Shown here: positions 50,858-60,185 of the stretch, piece by piece | Layout of the letters: each line of letters begins with the position of its first letter | How positions within the stretch are numbered: position 1 is the stretch's first letter | Assembly: GCA_965216635.1 (NCBI GenBank) | Contig: OZ244188.1 | Span: 2,240,001 to 2,304,000, forward strand | Direction: 5' to 3' | Length of the DNA stretch: 64,000 nt | DNA from: a bacterium | GTDB lineage: Bacteria; SAR324; XYD2-FULL-50-16; G965216635 | Notes under the pieces: generated by a model | Database searches by the model: none | What the model was told of the DNA's origin: nothing | What the model saw: the letters and a program-made list of their open reading frames with translations, nothing else | Position numbers and translations under genes: made by a program

Positions 50858-50965
50858 GAAAAAAAACTGCGTCCCCGCCCCACAAATACACCAAAAAAAG
50901 ATAGATTAATGTTGGAATAAATAATATAGTGGTTTAATTGAGTAACAATCCAATCCTAAAAAATA

Positions 50966-52075
50966 ATGAAAACAAAAGCAGCAATAGCTTGGGAAGCAAA
51001 AAAACCTCTTGAAATAGAAGAAATAGAAGTGATGGCTCCACAAGAAGGAGAGGTGTTATTAAAAGTGGTTGCTTCGGGAGTTTGCCATACAGACGCTTTT
51101 ACTCTATCAGGGGAAGATCCGATGGCTTCTTTTCCTTGCGTTTTGGGTCACGAAGGTGGCTGTGAAGTGGTAGAATTGGGAGCGAATGTCAAAAATCTCA
51201 AAGTGGGAGACCGTGCAATTCCGCTTTATATTCCAGAATGTGGAGATTGTGAGTATTGCAATTCTAAAAAAACAAACCTGTGTCAATCTATCGCAGGCAC
51301 AGTTTGGACTGGATATATGCCGGACGGGACGCGTAGGTTTTCAAAAAACAGCAAGCAGATTTTTCATTATATGGGCTGCTCTACATTTTCCGAATATACG
51401 GTTGTGCCTGAAATTGCCATTGCAAAAATCAATAGCACTGCTCCTTTAGAAAAGGTATGCTTGCTTGGTTGTGGAGTTACTACTGGGATTGGTGCAGTTC
51501 TCAACACCGCAAAAGTAGAGGCTGGCTCTACTGTGGCTATCTTTGGTTTAGGGGGTATTGGCTTATCCTGTATTCAAGGCTGTGTGATGGCTAAAGCAAA
51601 AAGAATTATCGCCATTGATATAAACCCTGACAAGTTTGAATTTGCTAAACAACTAGGAGCAAACGATTTTATTAACCCCAAAGAGATAAATGGCTCTTTT
51701 GTAGAATATATGCAAGATACTTACGATGGGGGTCCTGATTATTCTTTTGAGTGTATTGGTAATACGAAAGTTATGCGTAACGCACTGGAGTGCACTCATA
51801 AAGGTTGGGGCGTTTCTACAATTATAGGAGTAGCAGGACAAGGACAAACAATTGAAACTAGACCTTATAATTTAGTGGGAGGCCGCACTTGGAAAGGAAC
51901 AGCTTTTGGCGGAGTTAAAGGCAGAAGTCAACTACCGGGCTACGTAGAAAAATATCTAAAAGGAGAAATTGAATTGGATACGATGGTTACCCATACTATG
52001 CCTTTGACAGATATTAATAAGGCTTTTGATTTGATGCACGAAGGAAAAAGTATTCGCTCTGTTATTCATTTTTAA
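50966..52075 (+). CDS. frmA: S-(hydroxymethyl)glutathione dehydrogenase (class III ADH)
   Basis: [40 protein letters not shown]. Confidence 0.95.
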   Translation: MKTKAAIAWEAKKPLEIEEIEVMAPQEGEVLLKVVASGVCHTDAFTLSGEDPMASFPCVLGHEGGCEVVELGANVKNLKVGDRAIPLYIPECGDCEYCNSKKTNLCQSIAGTVWTGYMPDGTRRFSKNSKQIFHYMGCSTFSEYTVVPEIAIAKINSTAPLEKVCLLGCGVTTGIGAVLNTAKVEAGSTVAIFGLGGIGLSCIQGCVMAKAKRIIAIDINPDKFEFAKQLGANDFINPKEINGSFVEYMQDTYDGGPDYSFECIGNTKVMRNALECTHKGWGVSTIIGVAGQGQTIETRPYNLVGGRTWKGTAFGGVKGRSQLPGYVEKYLKGEIELDTMVTHTMPLTDINKAFDLMHEGKSIRSVIHF

Positions 52076-52160
52076 CTATTATTCATTTTTAACTATTATT
52101 TATTTTTAACTATTATTTATTTTTAACTATTATTTATTTTTAACTATTATTCATTTTTAA
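52062..52160. repeat. Tandem repeat, 17 bp x about 5.8 (TTATT(C/T)ATTTTTAACTA)
   Basis: Unit contains the frmA stop and fills the gap to fghA. Confidence 0.92.
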
Positions 52161-52161
52161 G

Positions 52162-52998
52162 ATGAAACAAATAGAATCTATTAAAGAGTTTTCTGGTTAT
52201 CTAAACCGTTACGAGCACAACTCTGTGAGTTGTAATTGCAAAATGACTTTTTCTGTTTATTTGCCCGAGCAGAAAAGGTCAACAAAAATCCCTGCTTTAT
52301 ATTGGCTTTCTGGATTGAGCTGTACAGACGATAATGCACGCACCAAAGGTGGAATGCAACGTTACGCCGCTGAACACGGAATAGCTATTATTTTTCCCGA
52401 TACAAGTCCAAGAGGAGAAGACGTGCCAGACGAAGATAGATACGATTTGGGTCAAGGAGCTGGTTTTTATACTAATGCCACTCAATCACCTTGGAATAAG
52501 CACTACCAAATGTACGACTATGTAGTAGAAGAATTGCCTAATCTATTAGAAAAAAATCTTCCTTTAATTCCCAATTTAAAATCTATTATAGGGCATTCTA
52601 TGGGAGGACACGGAGCTTTGGTTTGTGCTTTAAAAAACCCAAGAAACTATCAATCTGTTTCTGCTTTTGCTCCCATTAGTAATCCTGTAGCAGTGAAGTG
52701 GGGCGAAGGATGTTTTACTGCTTATCTAGGAGAAAATAAAAATACATGGCTGGATTACGATGCAACAGAATTGATTAAAGCGAGCAAAAAAGTAAAGCAT
52801 ATACTCGTAGACCAAGGAGAGGCAGATGAATTTTATAAAGACAAAAGTCTATTGCCAGAAAACCTATCTGCTGCGTGCGAGCACGCGAATCAACCGCTAA
52901 CTTTAAGAATACAAAAAGGTTATAACCACAGCTACCACTTTATCGCCAGTTTTATTGGCGAGCATATAGCCTACCACGCAAAAGCATTGAAAAAGTAG
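52162..52998 (+). CDS. fghA: S-formylglutathione hydrolase
   Basis: YWLSGLSCT, PDTSPRG, GHSMGGHGA, GYNHSY. Confidence 0.95.
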   Translation: MKQIESIKEFSGYLNRYEHNSVSCNCKMTFSVYLPEQKRSTKIPALYWLSGLSCTDDNARTKGGMQRYAAEHGIAIIFPDTSPRGEDVPDEDRYDLGQGAGFYTNATQSPWNKHYQMYDYVVEELPNLLEKNLPLIPNLKSIIGHSMGGHGALVCALKNPRNYQSVSAFAPISNPVAVKWGEGCFTAYLGENKNTWLDYDATELIKASKKVKHILVDQGEADEFYKDKSLLPENLSAACEHANQPLTLRIQKGYNHSYHFIASFIGEHIAYHAKALKK

Positions 52999-53025
52999 AG
53001 GGCTTTTTTTAGAGGCAGTTATTCT

Positions 53026-53883
53026 TTAAGGGATTTTTAACCGCTCCCCACTCTTAAGATTAGAAAAAATAGCAAACATTTTCGTTTTTGCTGCGTTATC
53101 TACATTTGGTGCTTCCATTCCTTGCAATAAATGATTTTTATCCACTGTCCGAAACTCCACATTGAAGCGGGTTTTATCGGAAGTATTTTTGATAGAACCG
53201 TGCAAATGGGCTGCTGGAAAAATTAACCATTCCCCTGTTTCTATAAGGACTGGATTGCCTTTTTCTAAGGAAGTGAGGCATTCTGGGGCTGAAGGGTAAG
53301 AAATTTTAATGCCTGCTGGGGTTTGTTTTTTCGCTTCTAAGTATTTTTTAAGAGACCATTCCGCCGTTGTATTTTTTATAGGCTTCTTCCAGTAATCTGT
53401 GAAAAACTGAAATGTTCTATTTGCTTCCAAGTCAAATAAAGGAGACCACCAGTTTAGCTGCGAATAAATATTTACGCCCCAAGTGTCTCTATGAGGATGT
53501 ATATAGCTGTGAGCACTTTCTTTTTGAAAAAAAGAAACGGGAGGAACTGCCCGAAGAATCAATTTATCCCAATAAATATTTTCTAAATCACAGCCTATAT
53601 TTTCTAATAGATTACCAATATCTTTTTTGTAGTCACCCCTAAAAGATTCATTGAGATTATAAACACGAGTGATAAAACTTTCATCGTCTAAAAACAGATG
53701 CGCTTCTGTAGGAGGGTGCGGTGCAAAAGCTTTTTCTACGGCACTAACCATCCGATTTTGCCAATCCTTGCTCTGTAAAACTAAACAAAACAATTCTCCC
53801 TGAAAAAGCTGCTGCGCTATTTTTGTATCTGAAAATAAAGATTTGTTTGCAAGTGATTTTGTAATTTTAATTTCGCCTAGCAT
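53026..53883 (-). CDS. Putative Fe(II)/2-oxoglutarate-type oxygenase-like protein
   Basis: HRD..W, NWWSP, HLHGS..N..TRFNVEFR; likely ATG at 53883 right after the Rieske gene stop. Confidence 0.55.
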   Translation of the reverse strand: MLGEIKITKSLANKSLFSDTKIAQQLFQGELFCLVLQSKDWQNRMVSAVEKAFAPHPPTEAHLFLDDESFITRVYNLNESFRGDYKKDIGNLLENIGCDLENIYWDKLILRAVPPVSFFQKESAHSYIHPHRDTWGVNIYSQLNWWSPLFDLEANRTFQFFTDYWKKPIKNTTAEWSLKKYLEAKKQTPAGIKISYPSAPECLTSLEKGNPVLIETGEWLIFPAAHLHGSIKNTSDKTRFNVEFRTVDKNHLLQGMEAPNVDNAAKTKMFAIFSNLKSGERLKIP

Positions 53884-53884
53884 T

Positions 53885-55090
53885 TCAATTATCTCCAGCG
53901 GGAATTTTACGAACACCCACCATAGCATCTATAACCATATTCTGAAAACGATGGACTGGCTCTTCAAAATGATAACATAATCTTCCTCCTAAATAAGGCT
54001 TGGTTTTTAATCCCTGTTGCACTTTTTCACAAATTGCAACATCTTCTTTATTCACATCATCCCAAAATTTTAGAACCTCACCTATTGTTTTTTTTTTTGT
54101 TCCAGCAACGCACTCAGAATGCGCTACCAACCAAGCTGTCTCCAGAGTTCTATCAGGAGCCAACGGATGCGTCTTAATAATGAAAGCATGGCTCGGCATA
54201 ATAAAAAAAATTAGGTTCGGAAACAAACAAAAAAAATAACCACTGATTTGCTCTTTTTCGTCCAAGTAGCCTAAATTTTTCATATCCAACCAATCGGAAT
54301 CATCTGTGCTAGTTAGGGGATAAGTGCAGATACCACAATACATCCCTGAACCCTGCCAACGGTGATGATCCGCTATGCGCGAAGTTTTGGCTAGTCTACG
54401 ATGCACCCAAGGCAAATGATAATATTCCACAGCATTTTCACAAAGCAGTTTCCAATTAGAGCGAATATCATAAGTGCATTCTTCCAATAGCTGCCATTCG
54501 CTTAAACGAAAATTTGCCAATCTCTGCGGTAAATCTCCGAGAAATTCTGATAGCGCAGGCGCTGTATTATCCAAACAAACAAAAACTAACATCCCCCATT
54601 GCTCCACACGAACTTTAAATAAACCAAAATCTTTTTTATCAAAAGACTCCAAATGAGACATATCGTGCATCTCCATAACTCTTCTGTTTGTTCCAGAATT
54701 AAATAAAGGCGTGCCAATACAATCACCCTGCAGACTATACCCCCAACCGTGATAAGGGCAGATAATGTGTTTTTTAACCTTGCCGTTTTTTTGACACAAC
54801 CGAGTGCCACGATGACGGCAGACATTATAAAAAGCTTGTAATTTCTTTGCTTCATCACGGCAGATAATTATAGATTGCCCGCCGATTTCTGTAACCATAA
54901 GATCTCCTGCATTTTGCACAGAAGCTACTGTTCCCGCACAAACCCAATAGCGTCCAAAAACCTGTTCTTGTTCCAATGCAAAAAATTCTTCTTCTGTATA
55001 GGCGTCTGGAATCAAAGAAACAGCCTTCTCCGTAGATAATCTTGTTTTTTTATAAGTCTTTTCTTGCCGATAAATATTACTAGCTTTCAT
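53885..55090 (-). CDS. Rieske non-heme iron oxygenase alpha subunit (choline/betaine oxygenase-like)
   Basis: CRHRG..CPYHGW Rieske site; NWK..EN..EYYH...H and ED...CE.VQ.G mononuclear iron motifs. Confidence 0.88.
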   Translation of the reverse strand: MKASNIYRQEKTYKKTRLSTEKAVSLIPDAYTEEEFFALEQEQVFGRYWVCAGTVASVQNAGDLMVTEIGGQSIIICRDEAKKLQAFYNVCRHRGTRLCQKNGKVKKHIICPYHGWGYSLQGDCIGTPLFNSGTNRRVMEMHDMSHLESFDKKDFGLFKVRVEQWGMLVFVCLDNTAPALSEFLGDLPQRLANFRLSEWQLLEECTYDIRSNWKLLCENAVEYYHLPWVHRRLAKTSRIADHHRWQGSGMYCGICTYPLTSTDDSDWLDMKNLGYLDEKEQISGYFFCLFPNLIFFIMPSHAFIIKTHPLAPDRTLETAWLVAHSECVAGTKKKTIGEVLKFWDDVNKEDVAICEKVQQGLKTKPYLGGRLCYHFEEPVHRFQNMVIDAMVGVRKIPAGDN

Positions 55091-55161
55091 TTTGGTTTGG
55101 GGTTGAGGTGAGGGATTTTTTTTTATGGGTTTATAAGCCTGTTTTTGATTTTTTTGTGGTT

Positions 55162-55247
55162 AAAAAAAAATCCCCCCGTCGTCCACTGGGAACTCGTGAG
55201 GGGAAACAAACTTACGCTACCAAAAGGTAGCTTGTTGTGTATAGATA
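55162..55247 (-). ncRNA. tracrRNA candidate, copy 1
   Basis: TCTATACACAAC is complementary to the first 12 nt of the minus-strand repeat; then hairpin GCTACC-TTTT-GGTAGC and a GC stem with T9. Confidence 0.8.
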
Positions 55248-55252
55248 CTGAA

Positions 55253-55281
55253 AGTCTACGTCTTATTTTTTAATTTGTCAA
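55253..55281 (-). promoter_or_regulatory. Promoter of tracrRNA copy 1
   Basis: TTGACA-N17-TAGACT. Confidence 0.75.
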
Positions 55282-55340
55282 GTAATTTTTTCTACCATAA
55301 TTTTTTTTTAGGCAATTTTTTCTTGATTTTTTTTGTGGTT

Positions 55341-55426
55341 AAAAAAAAATCCCCCCGTCGTCCACTGGGAACTCGTGAGGGGAAACAAACTTACGCTACC
55401 AAAAGGTAGCTTGTTGTGTATAGATA
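55341..55426 (-). ncRNA. tracrRNA candidate, copy 2
   Basis: Identical to copy 1 at a 179-bp offset. Confidence 0.8.
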
Positions 55427-55431
55427 CTGAA

Positions 55432-55460
55432 ATTCTACGTCTTATTTTTTAATTTGTCAA
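55432..55460 (-). promoter_or_regulatory. Promoter of tracrRNA copy 2
   Basis: TTGACA-N17-TAGAAT. Confidence 0.75.
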
Positions 55461-55586
55461 GTAATTTTTTCTACCATAATTTTTTTTTCCCATAAATTTT
55501 TTTTTCGGGCAATTTTTTCTTGATTTTTAATTTTTTTTAGATTATAAAAGGAATATCTTTTATTTTTAGCATTTTTAAAAAAAATT

Positions 55587-58500
55587 ATGGATAAAATTTT
55601 AGGACTAGACGCCGGCACAAACTCCTTAGGCTGGTCTATTATAGAATACGATGAAAAGAAAAATCCTCAAAAACTGTTAGATTGTGGGGTGCGTATTTTT
55701 ACAGAAGTAACCGAAGACAAGACTAAAATTCCTAAAAACCAAAAAAGAAGAGAGGCTCGTGGGCATCGCAGAATTTTACAAAGAAAAGCTAAGCGTATAA
55801 AAAGACTTGCTCGTTTTTTGCAAGAAAATCAAATCCTACCCACAGCTCAAGCAGAAAAAGATAAAATTTATCAACTAGACCCTTACCAACTTAGAGCCGA
55901 AGGTTTGACTAGAAAACTCACTCTACCAGAACTAGCAAGAGTATTTTTGCACCTTTGTAAAAGAAGAGGCTTTTTAAGCAATCGTAAAACTACCTTTTTA
56001 GAAATTTTTAAAGACCCAAAAATAAAAGAAGAATTATCAAAAGTTATTGAACAAGAAAAACACAAACAAGCAGAAAACGAATTAAAAAAAATAGAAAAAA
56101 ACAAAAAAAATACTAGCGATGAAAAAGACGAAAAAAAAACTTTAGCTAGAATCATTTCATTAGAAACAGACATCAAAAAAGAAAGTTCCAAAACTCTTGG
56201 AGAATATCTTTATGAATATGAAAAAGAAAAAAAAAGAGGTCTGAATACTTCCAGAGAAATGTATGAAAATGAATTTGAATTGCTATGGAATAATCAACAA
56301 AAACACCACCAGCAAATTCTAAACGACAAACTCAAAAAAGAAATCCATAAATTTATCTTTTTTCAAAATCCACTAAAAGTGCAAAAGTTTTTAATAGGAA
56401 ATTGCACCTTTGAGCCAAACAAAAAAAGATGTTTTAAGGCAAGGCTAGAATACCAAGAATTCCAAATCTGGCAGAACCTACACAATATTAGATTCTATGA
56501 CCCCAGTAAAAAAGACTTAAGAGGACTCACAAAAGAAGAACAGAAAATGATTTTTGAACAACTCTCAAAATCTAAAACGATGAGTTGGAAAGCTTTCCGC
56601 AAAAAACTAAATCTAACGGACAACCAACCTATTACTCTTGAAGAATCCATAAAAGAACTAAAAGGCAATCAAACTTATTGTGATATGAATACTCATTTTA
56701 CTGAGTTTTGGAATAACAAAACAAAAAAAGAACAAAGTGAATTTATAGACGATATTCTTTCTATCCACAAAGAGAAAACTCTCTACCTTAGACTAAAAGA
56801 TGACTGGGGTTTTACTCCTGAACAGGCTTTTAAAATTATCACTTTAGATTTTCACGGTAAGGGCTATGCTAATCTATCATTAAAAGCCATCAATAAAATT
56901 CTCCCCCTTATGCGAGAAGGCAAGGATTATTACAATGCTTGTGAAGAAGCAAAATACCAAAGAGAGGACCAAAAAAAGATTCAAGCAGAAGACACTCTCC
57001 CTTATCTACCAGATGCCACCCCGCGGTTTGATAAAAAAACTGGTAAAAAAGAAAAACGCTATTCAGGTCCTAGAAATCCAGTAGTAACAAAAGCACTCAA
57101 CGAAATTCGTAAGGTTGTCAACGCCATTATAGAGAAGCACGGCAAACCAGACCTTATCCGTTTGGAAATGGCAAGAGATTTAAAAAATAGTAAAAAAAAG
57201 AAATTAGAAATTAATAGCAGGAATAAAAAACAAGAAGCAGCTAGAAAAAATGCTAAGGAAAGAATTCAAGAACATTTTAAAAATCAAAGAGAAATAACAA
57301 GAGACGATATTACCAAGTATTTGCTTTGGGAAGAATGCGACAAACAGTGTATTTATACAGGAAAAATAATTAGCTTAGAAGATCTTTTCAATAATCGTTT
57401 TGATGTAGAACACACCATTCCTTTTTCTAGATCCTTAGACGACTCTTTTATCAATAAAACTCTTTGTGAAGCCTCAGAAAATAGAGCTTTCAAAAAAAAC
57501 CAAACTCCTCACGAAGCCTACTCTGGCAATTCAGAAAAATGGGAAGCTATCCAACAAAGACTAAACAAACTTATAAGAGAGCATAAATTATCTAAAAACA
57601 AATACGACCGTTTTTTTTTAAAAGGAGACGCCTTGAAAAAATTTACAGATAATTTTTCCACTAGACACTTAAACGACACACGCTATATTGCCACCGAATC
57701 AAAGAAATATCTTCAAAAATTAGGTTGTGAAGTGCAAGTTACCCCTGGCACTCTCACTGCTTTTTTAAGAGCAGGCTGGGGATTAAATAAAATTCTAAAA
57801 GAAGATTCGGAGGAAAATAATGATTTTAGAACTCAAGAAAATACAGAAAAACAGACAGAAGTCTCTCCTGTTTTACAAGCTTACGCAGAAAATACAGAAA
57901 CAGAAAAACCAAAACCAGAGGATAATAAAAAAGAACGTAAAGATCACCGTCACCACACTATAGATGCTATAGTTGTAGCCCTTACTTCACTTCGTTTGGT
58001 GCAAAGAATATCTACACTATCTGCAAAAAATCAAAAAAACAGATTGACTCTTAAAGAAAATGAAAAAATTGTTCAACCCTACAAAAATTTTAAAACAGAA
58101 ATAGAGCAAAAAATAGCAGAAATTATCGTCTCTCACGCTGGAACTCAAGACGATTGGACAAAAGGAGCATTGCACGAAGAAACAGCCTACGGTAAAGTGC
58201 AAACCAAAGAAGGAGAGCAATATACTCGTAGAGTTCATTTAAAAGATTTAGAGTTAACTCAAATAAAAAAAATTGCAGATCCAAAAGTAAAAGAATTGGT
58301 AGAAGAGAGGCTTTACCAATACGACAACAAAACTAAAGAAGCCTTTGCTCAAGAGTTACCGCACAAAAATGGCAATCCTATTCACTCTGTACGACTTTTA
58401 GAAAACCCTAGTAATTTAATTGGAATTTCTAAAGGTCACCCTGAAAAAAAGATTTATAAATATTACGAGGCTGGAGGCAATCACCACTTGTGTATTTTTG

Positions 58501-58874
58501 AGAATTTAGAAACCGGAAAAAAGGTAGAACAGCTTACTACGAAGTTTGAAGCAGCTCAAAGAAAAACCAAAGGGAAGTCAATCATTCAAAAAGAAATGAA
58601 AAACTGCAAATTTTTAATGTCCCTTAAAATCAACGATATGCTTTCTTTGGAAGGGGTGGATTCTTCTGGTAAAGATATTAGCGGCTATTACAGAGTGCAA
58701 ATGCTTTCTAAAGGGATAATAGTATTGCGACAACATACAAGAAGTGAAACAGGGAATACAGGAGAAGAAAGAAAAAGCCTCATTCAAACTGGATTTAATA
58801 CTATCTTTAAATATAATCCCCAAAAAATAAGCATAGATCCTATTGGACAAATAAAAAAAGAAACCAATTTTTAA
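55587..58874 (+). CDS. cas9: Type II-C Cas9
   Basis: RuvC-I LGLDAGTNSLGW, Arg-rich bridge helix, RuvC-II LEMARD, HNH DVEHTIPFSRSLDDSFINK, RuvC-III DHRHHTIDA; 1095 aa. Confidence 0.97.
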   Translation: MDKILGLDAGTNSLGWSIIEYDEKKNPQKLLDCGVRIFTEVTEDKTKIPKNQKRREARGHRRILQRKAKRIKRLARFLQENQILPTAQAEKDKIYQLDPYQLRAEGLTRKLTLPELARVFLHLCKRRGFLSNRKTTFLEIFKDPKIKEELSKVIEQEKHKQAENELKKIEKNKKNTSDEKDEKKTLARIISLETDIKKESSKTLGEYLYEYEKEKKRGLNTSREMYENEFELLWNNQQKHHQQILNDKLKKEIHKFIFFQNPLKVQKFLIGNCTFEPNKKRCFKARLEYQEFQIWQNLHNIRFYDPSKKDLRGLTKEEQKMIFEQLSKSKTMSWKAFRKKLNLTDNQPITLEESIKELKGNQTYCDMNTHFTEFWNNKTKKEQSEFIDDILSIHKEKTLYLRLKDDWGFTPEQAFKIITLDFHGKGYANLSLKAINKILPLMREGKDYYNACEEAKYQREDQKKIQAEDTLPYLPDATPRFDKKTGKKEKRYSGPRNPVVTKALNEIRKVVNAIIEKHGKPDLIRLEMARDLKNSKKKKLEINSRNKKQEAARKNAKERIQEHFKNQREITRDDITKYLLWEECDKQCIYTGKIISLEDLFNNRFDVEHTIPFSRSLDDSFINKTLCEASENRAFKKNQTPHEAYSGNSEKWEAIQQRLNKLIREHKLSKNKYDRFFLKGDALKKFTDNFSTRHLNDTRYIATESKKYLQKLGCEVQVTPGTLTAFLRAGWGLNKILKEDSEENNDFRTQENTEKQTEVSPVLQAYAENTETEKPKPEDNKKERKDHRHHTIDAIVVALTSLRLVQRISTLSAKNQKNRLTLKENEKIVQPYKNFKTEIEQKIAEIIVSHAGTQDDWTKGALHEETAYGKVQTKEGEQYTRRVHLKDLELTQIKKIADPKVKELVEERLYQYDNKTKEAFAQELPHKNGNPIHSVRLLENPSNLIGISKGHPEKKIYKYYEAGGNHHLCIFENLETGKKVEQLTTKFEAAQRKTKGKSIIQKEMKNCKFLMSLKINDMLSLEGVDSSGKDISGYYRVQMLSKGIIVLRQHTRSETGNTGEERKSLIQTGFNTIFKYNPQKISIDPIGQIKKETNF

Positions 58875-58920
58875 GATTTTGCACAGATTTTGAGTAACTA
58901 GGTAGTAAGAAGAACTACCT

Positions 58921-59811
58921 ATGATTAAAAGAATTATAGAGATTAGCTCGGCAAGCTATCTTTCTATGAAAAATTGCCAGTTACTCATCCAAAGAGCAAA
59001 GCAACCTGTCCAATCTTTACCCATAGAAGATATAGGGGTGCTTATTTTGGATAATACCGCCATTAGCTATACTCAAGCAATGTTGAATCATTGTCTAGCT
59101 AATAATACTGTGGTTATTCTTTGTAACCAACAGCACCTCCCCCACGCTATACTTTACCCCTTAAACCAAAATTCACTACACAGTAAAATTATCCATTCCC
59201 AATTCCAAGCAAGCCAACCCCTACAAAAAAAAATATGGCAAGAGATTATTCAAGCAAAAATCAACGAGCAAGCTAAAAATTTAATGCTTTGCAAAGGAAA
59301 AGATTTTGGACTAAAAAATATGCAGAGTAAAGTTTTGAGCGGAGATAGTAGCAATCTAGAAGCCCAAACTGCTAGGGCTTATTGGAAAAAACTTTTTGGT
59401 AAGGAATTTTGTAGAAATCCAAGTAGTGCTGGAATCAATAGTCTACTCAATTATGGTTATGCCATTATTAGAGCCGTAGTATCTCGTGCCATTTCTGCAA
59501 CTGGACTGCATCCTGCTTTAGGCATTCATCACAGCAACCAATATAACCCCTTTTGCCTAGCAGACGATTTAATGGAACCTTTAAGACCTCTTGTAGACAA
59601 TAGAGTTTTTCAAATCTGTTCCCAAGAAACACCAGAAGAAATAACTCCAGCCATAAAAAAGAAAATTTTAGAAATATTAAACTGGTATTGCATACTAGGA
59701 GAGAATTCTTATTTCCTGCTAACAGGAGTGCAACTTTATGTAGCTTCTTTTAAAAAAAAATTGTGTAAAGAAAGCAAAGATTTTTCTATTCCTAGCTTTC
59801 TTAAACTATGA
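58921..59811 (+). CDS. cas1: CRISPR-associated Cas1 (type II)
   Basis: PIEDI, GDSSNLEA, NSLLNYGYA, LGIHH, LADDLMEP. Confidence 0.97.
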   Translation: MIKRIIEISSASYLSMKNCQLLIQRAKQPVQSLPIEDIGVLILDNTAISYTQAMLNHCLANNTVVILCNQQHLPHAILYPLNQNSLHSKIIHSQFQASQPLQKKIWQEIIQAKINEQAKNLMLCKGKDFGLKNMQSKVLSGDSSNLEAQTARAYWKKLFGKEFCRNPSSAGINSLLNYGYAIIRAVVSRAISATGLHPALGIHHSNQYNPFCLADDLMEPLRPLVDNRVFQICSQETPEEITPAIKKKILEILNWYCILGENSYFLLTGVQLYVASFKKKLCKESKDFSIPSFLKL

Positions 59812-60149
59812 GAAAACCTATTCCTTTTGGGGGCTATAGAACTATGTGGTTAATGGTTATGTTTGATTTGCCGACAGATACTCCCAAAGCAAGGAAACGA
59901 TACAGAGACTTTAGAAATCACTTGCTCCAAGATGGTTTTGATATGCTCCAGTTTTCTGTTTATTCTAGACATACTCCTAGCGAAGAAAATGCAGCAGTGC
60001 ATATTCAAAGAGTAAAAACCAATATACCCGATGATGGACATATCCGCATCCTTAAATTTACTGACAAACAATTTTCTAGAATGCTAGTTTTTTTTGGAAA
60101 AATGAGAAAGCCCCCCGAAAAAGCTAGCGAACAACTTTCCTTTTTCTAA
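59808..60149 (+). CDS. cas2: CRISPR-associated Cas2
   Basis: MWLMVMFDLP, FR..LL.DGF.MLQFSVY, TDKQF. Confidence 0.97.
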   Translation: MRKPIPFGGYRTMWLMVMFDLPTDTPKARKRYRDFRNHLLQDGFDMLQFSVYSRHTPSEENAAVHIQRVKTNIPDDGHIRILKFTDKQFSRMLVFFGKMRKPPEKASEQLSFF

Positions 60150-60185
60150 ACTAATTTTTAAGTCTTTTATAGAGTTAAAAACAAT

